The notes under the pieces are model-generated. The model searched no databases. It saw nothing but the letters and a program-made list of their open reading frames with translations, and was not told where the DNA came from. A DNA stretch of 64,000 nt, taken from NCBI GenBank assembly GCA_015056885.1, contig SVFL01000010.1, positions 6,606 through 70,605 on the forward strand. The letters run 5' to 3'. A program made the position numbers and the translations under genes. The stretch's first letter is position 1. Every line of letters begins with the position of its first letter. This document shows, in pieces, positions 30,474 to 40,459 of this stretch. Source of the stretch: Lachnospiraceae bacterium. GTDB lineage: Bacteria; Bacillota; Clostridia; Lachnospirales; Lachnospiraceae.

Positions 30474-31025
30474 ATGACCTTTAATAACACGAAGATAAAA
30501 CAGATGACCCTCATTGGCCTGATGACTGCCGTCCTGTGTATATTGGCACCAATAGCAATTCCACTTCCTATAAGTCCCATTCCCATCTCATTGGGCAATA
30601 TGGCCGTTTGTTTTGTTGTTTCTGTACTTGGTTTTAAAAGCGGTACCTTAAGCGTACTGCTCTACCTGATTTTAGGCCTGACCGGCATTCCTGTCTTTTC
30701 CGGTTTTACCGGCGGCATCGGCAAACTCCTTGGTCCTACCGGAGGATACCTTATCGGATATCTATTTTTAGCTTTACTCTTAGGCTTCTTTGTGGAGCAC
30801 TTTCATAATCGGCTGTTCACCAACCTTTGCGGCACCTTGGCAGGTATGATTTTATTATACCTGTTGGGCACACTCTGGCTGGCATTTCAAATGGATTTAG
30901 ACTTTACATCCGCACTCTTCACAGGAGTAATCCCATATATCCCTTTGGATATTATCAAAACAATTCCGGCAGTCCTATTGGGAAAACAGCTTCGAAAACG
31001 TCTGAAACAAGTCGGACTGGATTGA
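30474..31025 (+). CDS. bioY: Biotin ECF transporter S component
   Basis: PISL, YLILGLTGIPVFSG, GPTGGYLIG, PYIPLDIIK. Confidence 0.94.
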   Translation: MTFNNTKIKQMTLIGLMTAVLCILAPIAIPLPISPIPISLGNMAVCFVVSVLGFKSGTLSVLLYLILGLTGIPVFSGFTGGIGKLLGPTGGYLIGYLFLALLLGFFVEHFHNRLFTNLCGTLAGMILLYLLGTLWLAFQMDLDFTSALFTGVIPYIPLDIIKTIPAVLLGKQLRKRLKQVGLD

Positions 31026-31123
31026 GAACTTAAAATCAGACACAAACCATTGCATTTATAATTTCATTGTGCTATACTGTGCACTGTCCTGTGATACCTT
31101 GCGCCGCAGTCTCGCAGGCAAAC

Positions 31124-31166
31124 CCGTGTGTTCGAAACCATCCACACGTAAAACAAAACTAAGGAG
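31124..31166 (+). ncRNA. preQ1-I riboswitch
   Basis: CGTGTG-TTCGAAACCATC-CACACG-TAAAACAAAACTAAGGAG: stem, UUCG..ACC loop and A-rich tail running into the RBS of queT. Confidence 0.88.
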
Positions 31167-31173
31167 AACAAAA

Positions 31174-31689
31174 ATGTATAAAAAAGTATTATCACTGGTT
31201 CACGCAGCGGTTATCGCTGCTCTTTATGTTGTGCTTACATTCGTGGCCAACTCACTGGGCCTGGCAAGCTATGCCATTCAGGTCCGCTTCTCAGAAGCTC
31301 TGACCATTCTACCCTATTTCACCCCCGCCGCCATACCCGGCCTATTTATCGGATGCCTGTTATCCAATATTCTCACCGGATGCATGCCTTTAGACGTGCT
31401 TTTTGGCAGTCTGGCGACCTTACTTGGCGCCTTGGGTACTTATTATCTATGTGGCCGTGCCAAACCTTCCGCCCAAACAGGCAATAGAAAAGGATGGTTG
31501 GCTCCACTGCCTCCCATCCTTGCAAATACACTGATAGTGCCCTTTGTACTGGCATATGTCTATCGGTTTGAAGGCTCCATACCATATTTCATGATAACGG
31601 TAGCCTTAGGCGAGATCATTTCCTGTGGTATTTTGGGTATACTTTTACTTAAAACCCTGCAAAAATACCGCCGACAGATCTTTTCTTAA
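31174..31689 (+). CDS. queT: Queuosine precursor ECF transporter S component
   Basis: AAVIAALYVVLT, IQVRFSEALTILP, AIPGLFIGC; preceded by the preQ1 riboswitch; start moved to ATG 31174. Confidence 0.92.
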   Translation: MYKKVLSLVHAAVIAALYVVLTFVANSLGLASYAIQVRFSEALTILPYFTPAAIPGLFIGCLLSNILTGCMPLDVLFGSLATLLGALGTYYLCGRAKPSAQTGNRKGWLAPLPPILANTLIVPFVLAYVYRFEGSIPYFMITVALGEIISCGILGILLLKTLQKYRRQIFS

Positions 31690-31694
31690 ACGAA

Positions 31695-32396
31695 TTATTC
31701 CACCTTCATCATGCGGTAGCCGATACCTATGTGAGTCTGAATATACTGCGGCGAATCCTGTTCAGCCTCCAACTTTTTACGAAGGGTAGCCATAAACACA
31801 CGCAAAGATGCGATGTCATTCTCCCAGCTACTACCCCAAACCTGCTGTGTGATGTAGGTGTGAGTCAAAACTTTCCCCACATTTCTTGCCATCAGACACA
31901 ATATTTTATACTCTATGGGTGTCAGATGCAGTTCTTCTCCCTTCAGATATGCACAACCTGCCGCAAAATCCACCTTCAAATTACCATTTGTAAAAAACGC
32001 AGTATTATTCATCGTCCCTGCCTGCATTACTGCCAGCCGTCGTTGCGTCACACGCAGTCTTGCCAATAACTCCTCCACCGAAAAAGGTTTCGTCAAATAA
32101 TCATCTGCCCCTGCATCCAATGCTTCAATTTTATCACTGTCTTCACTTCGGGCACTGATAACAATGATAGGCATATTAGACCATGTGCGGATGCGTTTGA
32201 TTACCTCCACACCATCCATATCCGGCAATCCCAAATCCAGCAATACAATGTCCGGATTATGGGAGGATGCCTCCATTATGGCACTCTCACCATTGGGGGC
32301 AATCATAAATTTATACTCATGTGCTTTAAGTGTTGTGGTTATCAGATTACGCACCGGCGCATCATCTTCCACGACCAGAATCTGTGCTTTATTCAT
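31695..32396 (-). CDS. kdpE: KdpE-like OmpR-family response regulator
   Basis: LLDLGLPDMDG, IRTWSNMPIIVISAR, HLTPIEY, GKVLTH, YIQTHIGIGYR. Confidence 0.88.
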   Translation of the reverse strand: MNKAQILVVEDDAPVRNLITTTLKAHEYKFMIAPNGESAIMEASSHNPDIVLLDLGLPDMDGVEVIKRIRTWSNMPIIVISARSEDSDKIEALDAGADDYLTKPFSVEELLARLRVTQRRLAVMQAGTMNNTAFFTNGNLKVDFAAGCAYLKGEELHLTPIEYKILCLMARNVGKVLTHTYITQQVWGSSWENDIASLRVFMATLRKKLEAEQDSPQYIQTHIGIGYRMMKVE

Positions 32397-33960
32397 TGAT
32401 ATTCACCTCTCCAACCGGCAATGTAAATGTAAATATTGCACCACTTGGTTCATTATCCGTTAAAATCAATTCTCCCCCATGGGCATTGATAATCGACTTA
32501 CAAAGCGGCAATCCCAGTCCAAGACTTCTACAGCCGTCTGCAATTCGGTTCTCCCCCGTAAAAAACATTTCGAAAACTCTCGGCTTATCATCCTCTGAAA
32601 TTCCCGGTCCATCATCCGCCACATGAAAAGCCACATACCCTTCCGTCTTTTTCACAGTTACTTTTATCTCTGACCCTGCCGGTGTATATTTGATTGCATT
32701 ATCCACCAGATTAATAAGCACCTGCACCACCAATCGGGCATCCATTCTCGCTAAAATTAATTCCTCCGGATATTCCACCAATATCTTGTGCTCCACACTT
32801 CTGCGATTTAGGTGCTGCATAGCCTCCTCCAGCACCTCATCCACAAGTTGCACCGACATATTAAAATTCATCCTTCCTTCTTCTAACCGCGTAACCGACA
32901 ACAAATTCTCCACCAGACGGATGAGCCACTGAGAATCCTCATAAATATCATTAAAAATCTGTGTTCTGGACTCCTCATCCAACACTTCATAATTGGAAAG
33001 CAAATTGCTCGCATTACCTGAAATAGACGTCAACGGAGTACGAAGGTCATGAGATATGGCTCGTAAAATATTTGCTCGCAGCTGTTCATTTTGTGCAAGA
33101 ACTGCCGCCCGCTCTTTCGCCCTTGCATTTCGATTATTTTCTATTGCCATGGCGCACTCACCCAGCATGGATAACAAGAAACTGTATTCATTGGTATCAA
33201 GAGGTCTTTCGCCAATCTGTATCCCAACCACCCCGTAAACCTTCTCATTAATTCGGATTGCCAAATACATACCATCTGCGTTGTTAAATCGGCTTGTCAT
33301 TGCCCCGGCGCGTTTCCTGTTTTGAAACACCCAATCTGCAATATCCCTCTCCTTGGACATTGGCAATTGACTCTTTTGTGACGCTGATCCAGGCACAAAT
33401 ACTTGTCTCTCCGAAAGCTGACCTCCTTCTTCTGCGTACGCTGCCACACATCTCTCAAACATGGTCGAAAGCTGACTGGCCGTAATATTGATAATTTCCC
33501 AATCATCCTGTGCCTTTTGAAGCAACTGGTTCGTATCAAGCATTATCTTTGTTTGAAAAGCAGTCTGCGCAGATAACTTCGCATGGTCCTTTAACTTTGC
33601 CGCCAAGGTTCCCGTAATTACCGATGCCATCAGCATAATCGCAAAGGTCACCGGATAACCGGAATGATACGCCTGAAAAGTCAGTCTGGGTACCGTAAAA
33701 AAGAAATTAAACAGCATCACACTGAACACCGATGCCAAAACACTACAGGTATACCCCCTTGTAAACAAAGATGTCAAAAGCACCCCCAGAATGTACACCG
33801 TAATAATATTGGATTCGGTAAATCCCAGCTTCAAAAAAATCATTCCAATAAACGTCGCTGCCACCAATATGCCGGCTGTTTTCGCAAAATCCTTGAAATG
33901 TTCTAATATGTATCGTACAAATCTTCCTCTTCGCACCTTGCCACCATCCTTTGTACGCAC
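32389..33960 (-). CDS. kdpD: Short KdpD-like sensor kinase (DUF4118 TM, GAF, HisKA, HATPase)
   Basis: FNFFFTVPRLTF, EQLRANILRAISHDLRTPL, NLVDNAIKY, GLGLPLC; lacks the N-terminal KdpD and USP domains. Confidence 0.82.
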   Translation of the reverse strand: MRTKDGGKVRRGRFVRYILEHFKDFAKTAGILVAATFIGMIFLKLGFTESNIITVYILGVLLTSLFTRGYTCSVLASVFSVMLFNFFFTVPRLTFQAYHSGYPVTFAIMLMASVITGTLAAKLKDHAKLSAQTAFQTKIMLDTNQLLQKAQDDWEIINITASQLSTMFERCVAAYAEEGGQLSERQVFVPGSASQKSQLPMSKERDIADWVFQNRKRAGAMTSRFNNADGMYLAIRINEKVYGVVGIQIGERPLDTNEYSFLLSMLGECAMAIENNRNARAKERAAVLAQNEQLRANILRAISHDLRTPLTSISGNASNLLSNYEVLDEESRTQIFNDIYEDSQWLIRLVENLLSVTRLEEGRMNFNMSVQLVDEVLEEAMQHLNRRSVEHKILVEYPEELILARMDARLVVQVLINLVDNAIKYTPAGSEIKVTVKKTEGYVAFHVADDGPGISEDDKPRVFEMFFTGENRIADGCRSLGLGLPLCKSIINAHGGELILTDNEPSGAIFTFTLPVGEVNINE

Positions 33961-33978
33961 ATTTTAACATAAAATTAC

Positions 33979-34632
33979 TTATACGTGAAAGCATTTCTGC
34001 AATGCTTTGTATTCCCCAAGTACAAGCAAGGTCCTATCTTCGAACAGAACCGTCTCTGCCCGCACCGCCATATCCATCTTGCCGTTTTGTTTGATTGCCA
34101 TAATATTGATATGATATTTATTGCGAATATCAAGAGAACCTACCGTCTTACCAATCCATTCCTTGGGAATAGATACCTCGAAAATGGCATGACTCTCATC
34201 CAACTCCACATAATCCAGAATATGATTGGCACTATAGCGGATTGCGGCCCATTTTGCCACCTGCTTCTCCGGATAAACCACCTCATCTGCACCGTTTCGC
34301 AGCAAAAACTTCGCCTGTACATCACGTTCTGCTCTGGAGACAACCAATTTGCCACCAAGCTCCTTCAAAAGAGACGTTGTCTCCAATGAAGCCTGAAAAT
34401 TGTCTCCTATGGCAACAATACATGCATCATAATTAGTAATCCCAAGGCTTTTAAGAAATTCTGCATTTGTGCTATCGCCAATCTGTGCATTTGTGACATA
34501 GGGCAAAATCTCATTAATTCTTTCCTCCTTTGTATCAATAGCCATCACCTGATGTCCCAATTGATTCAACTGAATTGCAACATGCTTTCCAAAATGACCG
34601 ATTCCGATTAATAATATTGATTTCATATTCAT
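33979..34632 (-). CDS. ktrA: Trk/Ktr potassium uptake RCK subunit
   Basis: IGIGHFG Rossmann fold, GDST, GADEVVYPE, TrkA-C domain. Confidence 0.88.
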   Translation of the reverse strand: MNMKSILLIGIGHFGKHVAIQLNQLGHQVMAIDTKEERINEILPYVTNAQIGDSTNAEFLKSLGITNYDACIVAIGDNFQASLETTSLLKELGGKLVVSRAERDVQAKFLLRNGADEVVYPEKQVAKWAAIRYSANHILDYVELDESHAIFEVSIPKEWIGKTVGSLDIRNKYHINIMAIKQNGKMDMAVRAETVLFEDRTLLVLGEYKALQKCFHV

Positions 34633-34638
34633 ACTCCC

Positions 34639-35976
34639 TTAACCTACTGTTATTCTTTCCTGCGGCAGTTTAGACAATTTCCTGTTCACACCGGGAAGCG
34701 CCGCATAGATGAGCGTCAAGCCACCCACTCTTCCCAAAAACATCAGTACAATCAGTACTATCTGCGAAACAATACCCAGATCCGGAGTCATCCCCAGAGT
34801 CAAACCTACCGTAGCTACTGCCGAACCCGTCTCAAACAGACAATCGCTTAACGGAAGGCCTTCCACAACACTGATAATACAGGCTCCTGTGACGAACAGG
34901 CTCACATACATCATTAAAATCGTGGATGCATTTTTGACTACTGTACCGTCTATTCTTCGTTTAAAAAATTCTGCATCATCCTTGCGTCCAAAAGTGGCAA
35001 ATGCATTTGCCACAAGCACTGCAATGGTAGTTGTCTTCATACCGCCGGCTGTAGAGCCCGGCGAACCACCAATCAACATTAATACAATCATAATTGCCTG
35101 ACCAACACCTGTCATTTCTGCCAGATTGGCTGTGTTAAACCCGGCAGTTCGGGCTGTAACAGATTGAAACAGAGAACTGAGAATCCTTTCACCCATAGGC
35201 ATATCTGCAAAATCATACAAAAAGAAAAATACTGCAGGCACCACAAGCAAAATCCCTGTTGTCACAAAAATCACCTTACTCTGCATACGGTATTTGCTAA
35301 AATGATGCTTGTTGGAATACACATCCTCCCAGGTAAGAAATCCTAATCCTCCCAATATAATCAGAAGCATAATCACGATGTTAAGCAACGGATTCCCTAT
35401 ATATCCTGTGAGCGAGGGGAAAAGTGCATCCGGCTTCCCCAACAAATCAAATCCGGCATTACAAAAAGCGGATATGGAATGAAAAAATGCCATCCAAATG
35501 CCCTTTGCACCAAAATCCTTGCAGAAAACAGGCATCATTGCAAAAGCCCCCAGCAGTTCAAACAAAAAAGTTGCCTTCAACACAAAACCTGTAAGTTTCA
35601 CGATACCACCTACATTTTGTGCAGAAATCGCCTCCTGCATGGTGCTTCGCTGCATCAATGATATTTTTCTTCCCGACAGAAGCTGCAATGCTGCTGCCAC
35701 TGTCACGACCCCCAAACCACCAATCTGTATCAACAAAATAATAATAACCTGTCCAAAGGTGGACCAATATGTAGCGGTGTCCTGTACAATCAACCCGGTC
35801 ACACACACCGCAGAGGTTGCGGTAAAAAGAGCCTCATTAAAGGGCGTTACCACTTTATCAGCCGAAGAGACAGGCATCATCAACAATAATGTGCCCAACA
35901 AAATCACTCCCATAAAACCCAGAATTATCGTCTGGAAGGAAGAAAAATGTCGCTTTTTCTTTATCACTGTTTCCAT
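34639..35976 (-). CDS. ktrB: Trk/Ktr potassium uptake membrane subunit
   Basis: TSAVCVTG, SAFCNAG, TARTAG, STAGGMK, ATVG pore loops; start set behind AAAGGG (35976 or 35979). Confidence 0.9.
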   Translation of the reverse strand: METVIKKKRHFSSFQTIILGFMGVILLGTLLLMMPVSSADKVVTPFNEALFTATSAVCVTGLIVQDTATYWSTFGQVIIILLIQIGGLGVVTVAAALQLLSGRKISLMQRSTMQEAISAQNVGGIVKLTGFVLKATFLFELLGAFAMMPVFCKDFGAKGIWMAFFHSISAFCNAGFDLLGKPDALFPSLTGYIGNPLLNIVIMLLIILGGLGFLTWEDVYSNKHHFSKYRMQSKVIFVTTGILLVVPAVFFFLYDFADMPMGERILSSLFQSVTARTAGFNTANLAEMTGVGQAIMIVLMLIGGSPGSTAGGMKTTTIAVLVANAFATFGRKDDAEFFKRRIDGTVVKNASTILMMYVSLFVTGACIISVVEGLPLSDCLFETGSAVATVGLTLGMTPDLGIVSQIVLIVLMFLGRVGGLTLIYAALPGVNRKLSKLPQERITVG

Positions 35977-36038
35977 CATGTATCCCTTTACATAAATAAT
36001 ATCTATATTCATTCACGTTCTATTATATGTGACAAAAA

Positions 36039-36086
36039 ATTAAAAAAGTACAAAGGCATAATTTCTGACATTAAGATTGTATAAAG
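36039..36086 (-). promoter_or_regulatory. Two tandem KdpE-type binding sites upstream of ktrBA-kdpDE
   Basis: Minus strand CTTTATACAATCTTAAT (36070-36086) and CTTTGTACTTTTTTAAT (36039-36055), 31 bp apart; TATAAT -10 at 36022-36027. Confidence 0.65.
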
Positions 36087-36144
36087 AAAAGCCACACCGA
36101 AAAAATTATCCTGTGCAGCTTTTCCCCTTACAACTTTATATACT

Positions 36145-37143
36145 TTAATCAATTGAAATTTCCTTTCCGTTTATCTTAACGGAAACAATTTCTTCTACAT
36201 CAACACTATTCCAATCCTCATAAGTCACAAAACTCTCATAAAACATATTATTTTTAATACCACCTGTCAATTCTCTACAGAAAATAATCGTTCCATCCTC
36301 TAACTTTACCTCTTCAACATCGACAAATTCCTGCATTTCCTTGGAGCGCGGCGCTACCCCTTCCACATATACAGAAACAGGTGACATTTCTATTTTCTGA
36401 ATCCATATATCATCTGCCAATGCCATAGGATATCTGGTGATTGTATTCGGGGCATAATAATTGGTCCATGACAGATTCCATTCTCCCTCACTCAACAATT
36501 TTCCCGCACCGCCAACACTCTCATATTCATATAAATCCCCCAAACAGACTGTCACATTGGCCCGATTAATTTTCTCAACTCCTACTGCATATAACATAAA
36601 GGAGACTTTGCCATTATTATCATAGCTATAAAACTGGCTTCCTCCGGTAATAATTCCCCCATTTTTTCGAGTAAATTGAAATCGGCTCTCATCAAACATA
36701 TAGCTACCGTCATCTCCAACCGTCCATGGAATATCCGTATCAAACTGTATCCACTGGGAATTCCGGTCACCGATAGACTGTACTGCTGTCACCGTAATAT
36801 TATCCTGTCGGTCAGACTTTCCTATCTTGACATATCCTCCATCCAATGCGTCCATAACATTAGACAACCCCAACAGTTCAGCCATCTCTACATCCCAATC
36901 CTGTTCCTTGGCCAATACAGCGGTGCCAAACATCATAACTGCAACCGCTACAAGAATTACCAGCTTCCTGCGTCCACGAACAGCAGACTTTCTCTTAGGC
37001 ATCTGTTCATAGATTTTATCCATAATCAGCTTTTCCTGTCTCTTTAAGGTTGCACCTGAAACGGAAACATATTTATTCAGCATTTCGGCTTCCCTATCAT
37101 CTATTTCGTCCATCAATTCATATAGCATTTTATCAGTCTTCAT
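36145..37143 (-). CDS. Putative anti-sigma factor (single TM, DUF4179-like)
   Basis: Short cytoplasmic N-terminus, one TM helix, extracellular beta domains; overlaps the ECF sigma gene. Confidence 0.72.
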   Translation of the reverse strand: MKTDKMLYELMDEIDDREAEMLNKYVSVSGATLKRQEKLIMDKIYEQMPKRKSAVRGRRKLVILVAVAVMMFGTAVLAKEQDWDVEMAELLGLSNVMDALDGGYVKIGKSDRQDNITVTAVQSIGDRNSQWIQFDTDIPWTVGDDGSYMFDESRFQFTRKNGGIITGGSQFYSYDNNGKVSFMLYAVGVEKINRANVTVCLGDLYEYESVGGAGKLLSEGEWNLSWTNYYAPNTITRYPMALADDIWIQKIEMSPVSVYVEGVAPRSKEMQEFVDVEEVKLEDGTIIFCRELTGGIKNNMFYESFVTYEDWNSVDVEEIVSVKINGKEISID

Positions 37144-37699
37144 AACAGGTAATCCCCCTTTTAATTAGCATTTCCTTCAACTTGCCTTTTCCGCGATATA
37201 ATATATTTTCCGCCTTTTTTTCTGAGATTTGCAGTTTCGCTGCAATATCCCTGTTTTTCATAAACAGAAAATATTTCATTAGAAACACCTGACTATCCGG
37301 CTCACCAAGCTCTGCAATCACCTCATGCAAAATCTGACGAAGCTCCTTTTTTTGCACTTCTGTTTCGATTTCAATCTCTGCCGTCGGTTCCACCTTCATT
37401 TCATCATCCAACGAAGGAAGTGCATACCCATTTTTCCTCCGAATATCAATTGCAGTATTCCTTGCAATCGAATAAACCCAGCTTTTTACAGAATGCCCCT
37501 CTTTTTCCGAATACAAATGCGCCTTTTGCCATAGCTTTAAAAAGGTCTCCGACACTGCTTCATCCACCAGACCATCTTCACAGCCCTGCAAAACTGAAAC
37601 ACAGATTGTGTTGACTGCCCTACCATAAAGCTGCATAGCCTTGTGAATCCCCTGATTGGGATTCTCTCGAATTAATCGTATTAGTTTCTCATCATTCAT
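37133..37699 (-). CDS. ECF-family RNA polymerase sigma factor
   Basis: SETFLKLW, KSWVYSIARNTAID, IAAKLQIS...LYRGKGKL. Confidence 0.93.
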   Translation of the reverse strand: MNDEKLIRLIRENPNQGIHKAMQLYGRAVNTICVSVLQGCEDGLVDEAVSETFLKLWQKAHLYSEKEGHSVKSWVYSIARNTAIDIRRKNGYALPSLDDEMKVEPTAEIEIETEVQKKELRQILHEVIAELGEPDSQVFLMKYFLFMKNRDIAAKLQISEKKAENILYRGKGKLKEMLIKRGITCYED

Positions 37700-37848
37700 A
37701 TCATTTTGTCCTTGTCCTGTTTCCGGTTTATATTCTCAACAGCCCCCAAAATCACTCTCTATTATACAATACGAGAGAAATACATAAAATCACTTAAATA
37801 TATCAAAAAAGAAGCAGATTATAAACCTGCTTCCATTCAGAATATGGA

Positions 37849-38397
37849 TTATCGCCCCATTCTCCTTTTTAGCTGCATATACTGCAACCCGAATTTTATA
37901 AACATTACAACATACATGACAAGTAAAATTACATATACCCCAAAAAGCACATGATGGGTAACATCATTCCATACCGCCTGCATGAAAAGCTGAGGAATAA
38001 TAATCAAAAAGAAAATTGCGATACATGGAATCATCCTGCCTCTAAAAACACGCTCAAGCATATCTATTCTAGAATCCTCATCACAGAAAATTTCTTCCTT
38101 CTCATTCATCTCGGACACCGGTTTACGAAAATAGCTGTAACCAGCCATATCTGTAATATACTCCCAGCCGCAATCCCGAAACATCTGAATATATTCTGAT
38201 TTATGCTCCAATCCATCTTTGTTATAATCCAACTGGTAAACCACATCCTCCGGTTTACACTTCTCAAATGTATAAAAGCATGGCAGTGTAGCATTTCTGA
38301 GTTCCCAGCCGGCTCTATGCTGTTTCATCAGCCACTCCTGCTCCCGTTCCCACTCCGCTATTGTAAAAAATGCAAGCTTAATTTTTCTATTACTCAT
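37849..38397 (-). CDS. DUF2812 family membrane protein
   Basis: EQEWL..GW, YTFEKC.P..VVYQLDY, YIQMFRDCGWEY, YFRK; two C-terminal TM helices; follows padR. Confidence 0.85.
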   Translation of the reverse strand: MSNRKIKLAFFTIAEWEREQEWLMKQHRAGWELRNATLPCFYTFEKCKPEDVVYQLDYNKDGLEHKSEYIQMFRDCGWEYITDMAGYSYFRKPVSEMNEKEEIFCDEDSRIDMLERVFRGRMIPCIAIFFLIIIPQLFMQAVWNDVTHHVLFGVYVILLVMYVVMFIKFGLQYMQLKRRMGR

Positions 38398-38711
38398 GAC
38401 TGTACCTCCTTCAAATTACGGTATAAACGCTCAATTCTGGCCATCTCCAGATTCAAAACTTCTCTTCCCAATTCTGTGATTCGATAGATTTTTCTTTTCT
38501 CTTCCTCCCGTACAAAACCTATCAATCCATCTTTCTCCATTTTAGACAAGCTGCCATACATTGTGCCGGGGCTTAAGCGAATCTCACCGCCGGTCAAAGC
38601 CTCCACCTTTTGCACAATACTATAACCATGCATCTCTTCCTGAAGACACAACAATATATAAAACCCGGTCTCTGTCATGGGGATGTATACTTTCTTAATA
38701 TGGGCATCCAT
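38394..38711 (-). CDS. PadR-family transcriptional regulator
   Basis: PMTETGFYILL, HGYSI, GTMYGSL, RKIYRITELG; start ATG 38711 after AGGAGG. Confidence 0.93.
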   Translation of the reverse strand: MDAHIKKVYIPMTETGFYILLCLQEEMHGYSIVQKVEALTGGEIRLSPGTMYGSLSKMEKDGLIGFVREEEKRKIYRITELGREVLNLEMARIERLYRNLKEVQS

Positions 38712-38752
38712 TTTTCGCTCCTCCTGTATCCCAGCCATATATCCCAGTGCAA

Positions 38753-38803
38753 TATATCGCACCTCGATATACACACTATATCGCAGTTCGATATATCTGT
38801 CAA
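38753..38803 (-). promoter_or_regulatory. padR promoter with two palindromic operators
   Basis: TTGACA-N17-TATAGT on the minus strand; TATATCG-N5-CGATATA at 38753-38771 and 38777-38795. Confidence 0.8.
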
Positions 38804-38956
38804 CTATTTTTTATTTACAGTTAATACTTGCGAATGGAAACTCTTCAAATATCGATTGTTTTTTACTAAAGGACGAATTGTTAGTAATTCCCGGTTCTTT
38901 CTGCTATAGTAAAATTACAAGGTGTGCATCTTAGAAAAATAAAAGGAGTGAACCTT

Positions 38957-40084
38957 ATGAATATTTCAATCGGATCTAATATCAAAGCTGCTCGCAAGAA
39001 GATTGGCATGACCCAGGAGGAGCTTGCCTCACAGCTTGGTGTCACTGCTCAGGCAGTAAGCCGCTGGGAGTCCGAAGCCGGTCTTCCTGACATTTCCATG
39101 GTTGTTCCCCTAGCTACCATTCTCTCTGTTTCCACGGATACTTTGTTCGGATTAGCTGCGCATTCCTATGACAGCTTGCAAATTCTGAATATCAAAAACA
39201 ATATGGATGCCATGTTTGACGGATTGCGTAAAGCAGAAAGTTCCTTAGAGATATGCCAGTATCTTCAAACAGAAGTACTAAACGCCCCTGCTAATTATGA
39301 TATTTTATGTCTATATGTAGAGCGTACTGCCAACCTCAGCCGCTATGTCCGCTCTTCTAAGGAATGTCAGGAGCAGTGGCCGCATATCAAAAACAACGCC
39401 ATCAAATACGGACTGCAAATCATCCGTTTCAGTTCGGACTCCGCCCTGATAGAGCGGGCTCATTTTGCCATGGCTTGGATTTACATGCACGAAAAAGATT
39501 ATGTCAGTGCAAGAGAACATATTGACACTCTGCCCAGCGTATCAAGCAACCGCCTGCAGGAAAGCATTCTGGCCCAGCTTGCCCTGTGTGAGAAGGGAAT
39601 TGACGGAGAACAGGAAGTTCTTCGCAAGAATCTGATGAATTTTGTATGCGCCATCAACAAGGAATTTGTTTATGCAATGGAGAGTTTTCGAACCCGACTG
39701 CCCTATGAGGAGGCTCTTTCATTTGGAGAATGGAGCCTGCATATCATGGACGCCTTCTGCGAGAATCCTGATATGATCAGTTCCTGCCGGGGCTTTACCC
39801 GAGATATCTACAAATACATGATGGGCGCCTGCCTGGGTGCAGGAAAGTATGAGGACGCTGCCAACCTTTATCATGAGTTGGAAGCCAAGATGGATATGCA
39901 TTTTAAACATTATCAGATAGTTCTGTCTGACGAATTCGAAATGCAAAAGTATGATGCTAATATTTTGAGATACATCACTGCCTATACACCTGAGTTTATT
40001 GAGACAAAGAAGAATGAAATTCTTCACCAGCTAAGGGAATGGTATGGAGAGGAAGTATTCGCCCGGTTTGAATCACTACTGTAA
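38957..40084 (+). CDS. XRE-family regulator with long helical (TPR-like) C-terminus
   Basis: [30 protein letters not shown]; start ATG 38957 after AAGGAGTG. Confidence 0.85.
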   Translation: MNISIGSNIKAARKKIGMTQEELASQLGVTAQAVSRWESEAGLPDISMVVPLATILSVSTDTLFGLAAHSYDSLQILNIKNNMDAMFDGLRKAESSLEICQYLQTEVLNAPANYDILCLYVERTANLSRYVRSSKECQEQWPHIKNNAIKYGLQIIRFSSDSALIERAHFAMAWIYMHEKDYVSAREHIDTLPSVSSNRLQESILAQLALCEKGIDGEQEVLRKNLMNFVCAINKEFVYAMESFRTRLPYEEALSFGEWSLHIMDAFCENPDMISSCRGFTRDIYKYMMGACLGAGKYEDAANLYHELEAKMDMHFKHYQIVLSDEFEMQKYDANILRYITAYTPEFIETKKNEILHQLREWYGEEVFARFESLL

Positions 40085-40236
40085 TACCATATTTTTATTA
40101 CCCCCGACTCAGAGTGCCTTATATTCGCTCAGGTCGGAATTCATACTACAACACCCACATCATAACACAAACGTAGGCTGTGGAAGCAGTTTTTTCCCGC
40201 TACCACAGCCTACATAAATTACAATTTCATTCCTTT

Positions 40237-40455
40237 TTAGAACAGCTTCTTCAATGCACCAGCCACGTCATCAAGCTTATCTACGGTAATTTTTGCCTTA
40301 ACGCCATCGATAATCTTCTCAACAACATCATCCGGCAAATCAACACCAATAATTTCCTCAACAGCCTTAACGGGCTCCTTCTGGAATTTCTCCATGAGAT
40401 TCTTGTCAGAAGTCACCTTCTCCACCATTTCCTGAATCTTTTCCTTGATATCCAT
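40237..40455 (-). CDS. Small conserved-type hypothetical protein (72 aa)
   Basis: MDIKEKIQE...PVKAVEEIIGVDLPDD...LKKLF; GAGGAGGTG RBS; terminator stem at 40172-40214. Confidence 0.8.
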   Translation of the reverse strand: MDIKEKIQEMVEKVTSDKNLMEKFQKEPVKAVEEIIGVDLPDDVVEKIIDGVKAKITVDKLDDVAGALKKLF

Positions 40456-40459
40456 GTTT

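Noticed and set aside
37750-37797. Possible ECF autoregulatory promoter (GTGATT...CGTA) and repeated AGTGATTTT
   Set aside because: The consensus for this sigma factor is unknown and an overlapping TATAAT offers a simpler explanation.
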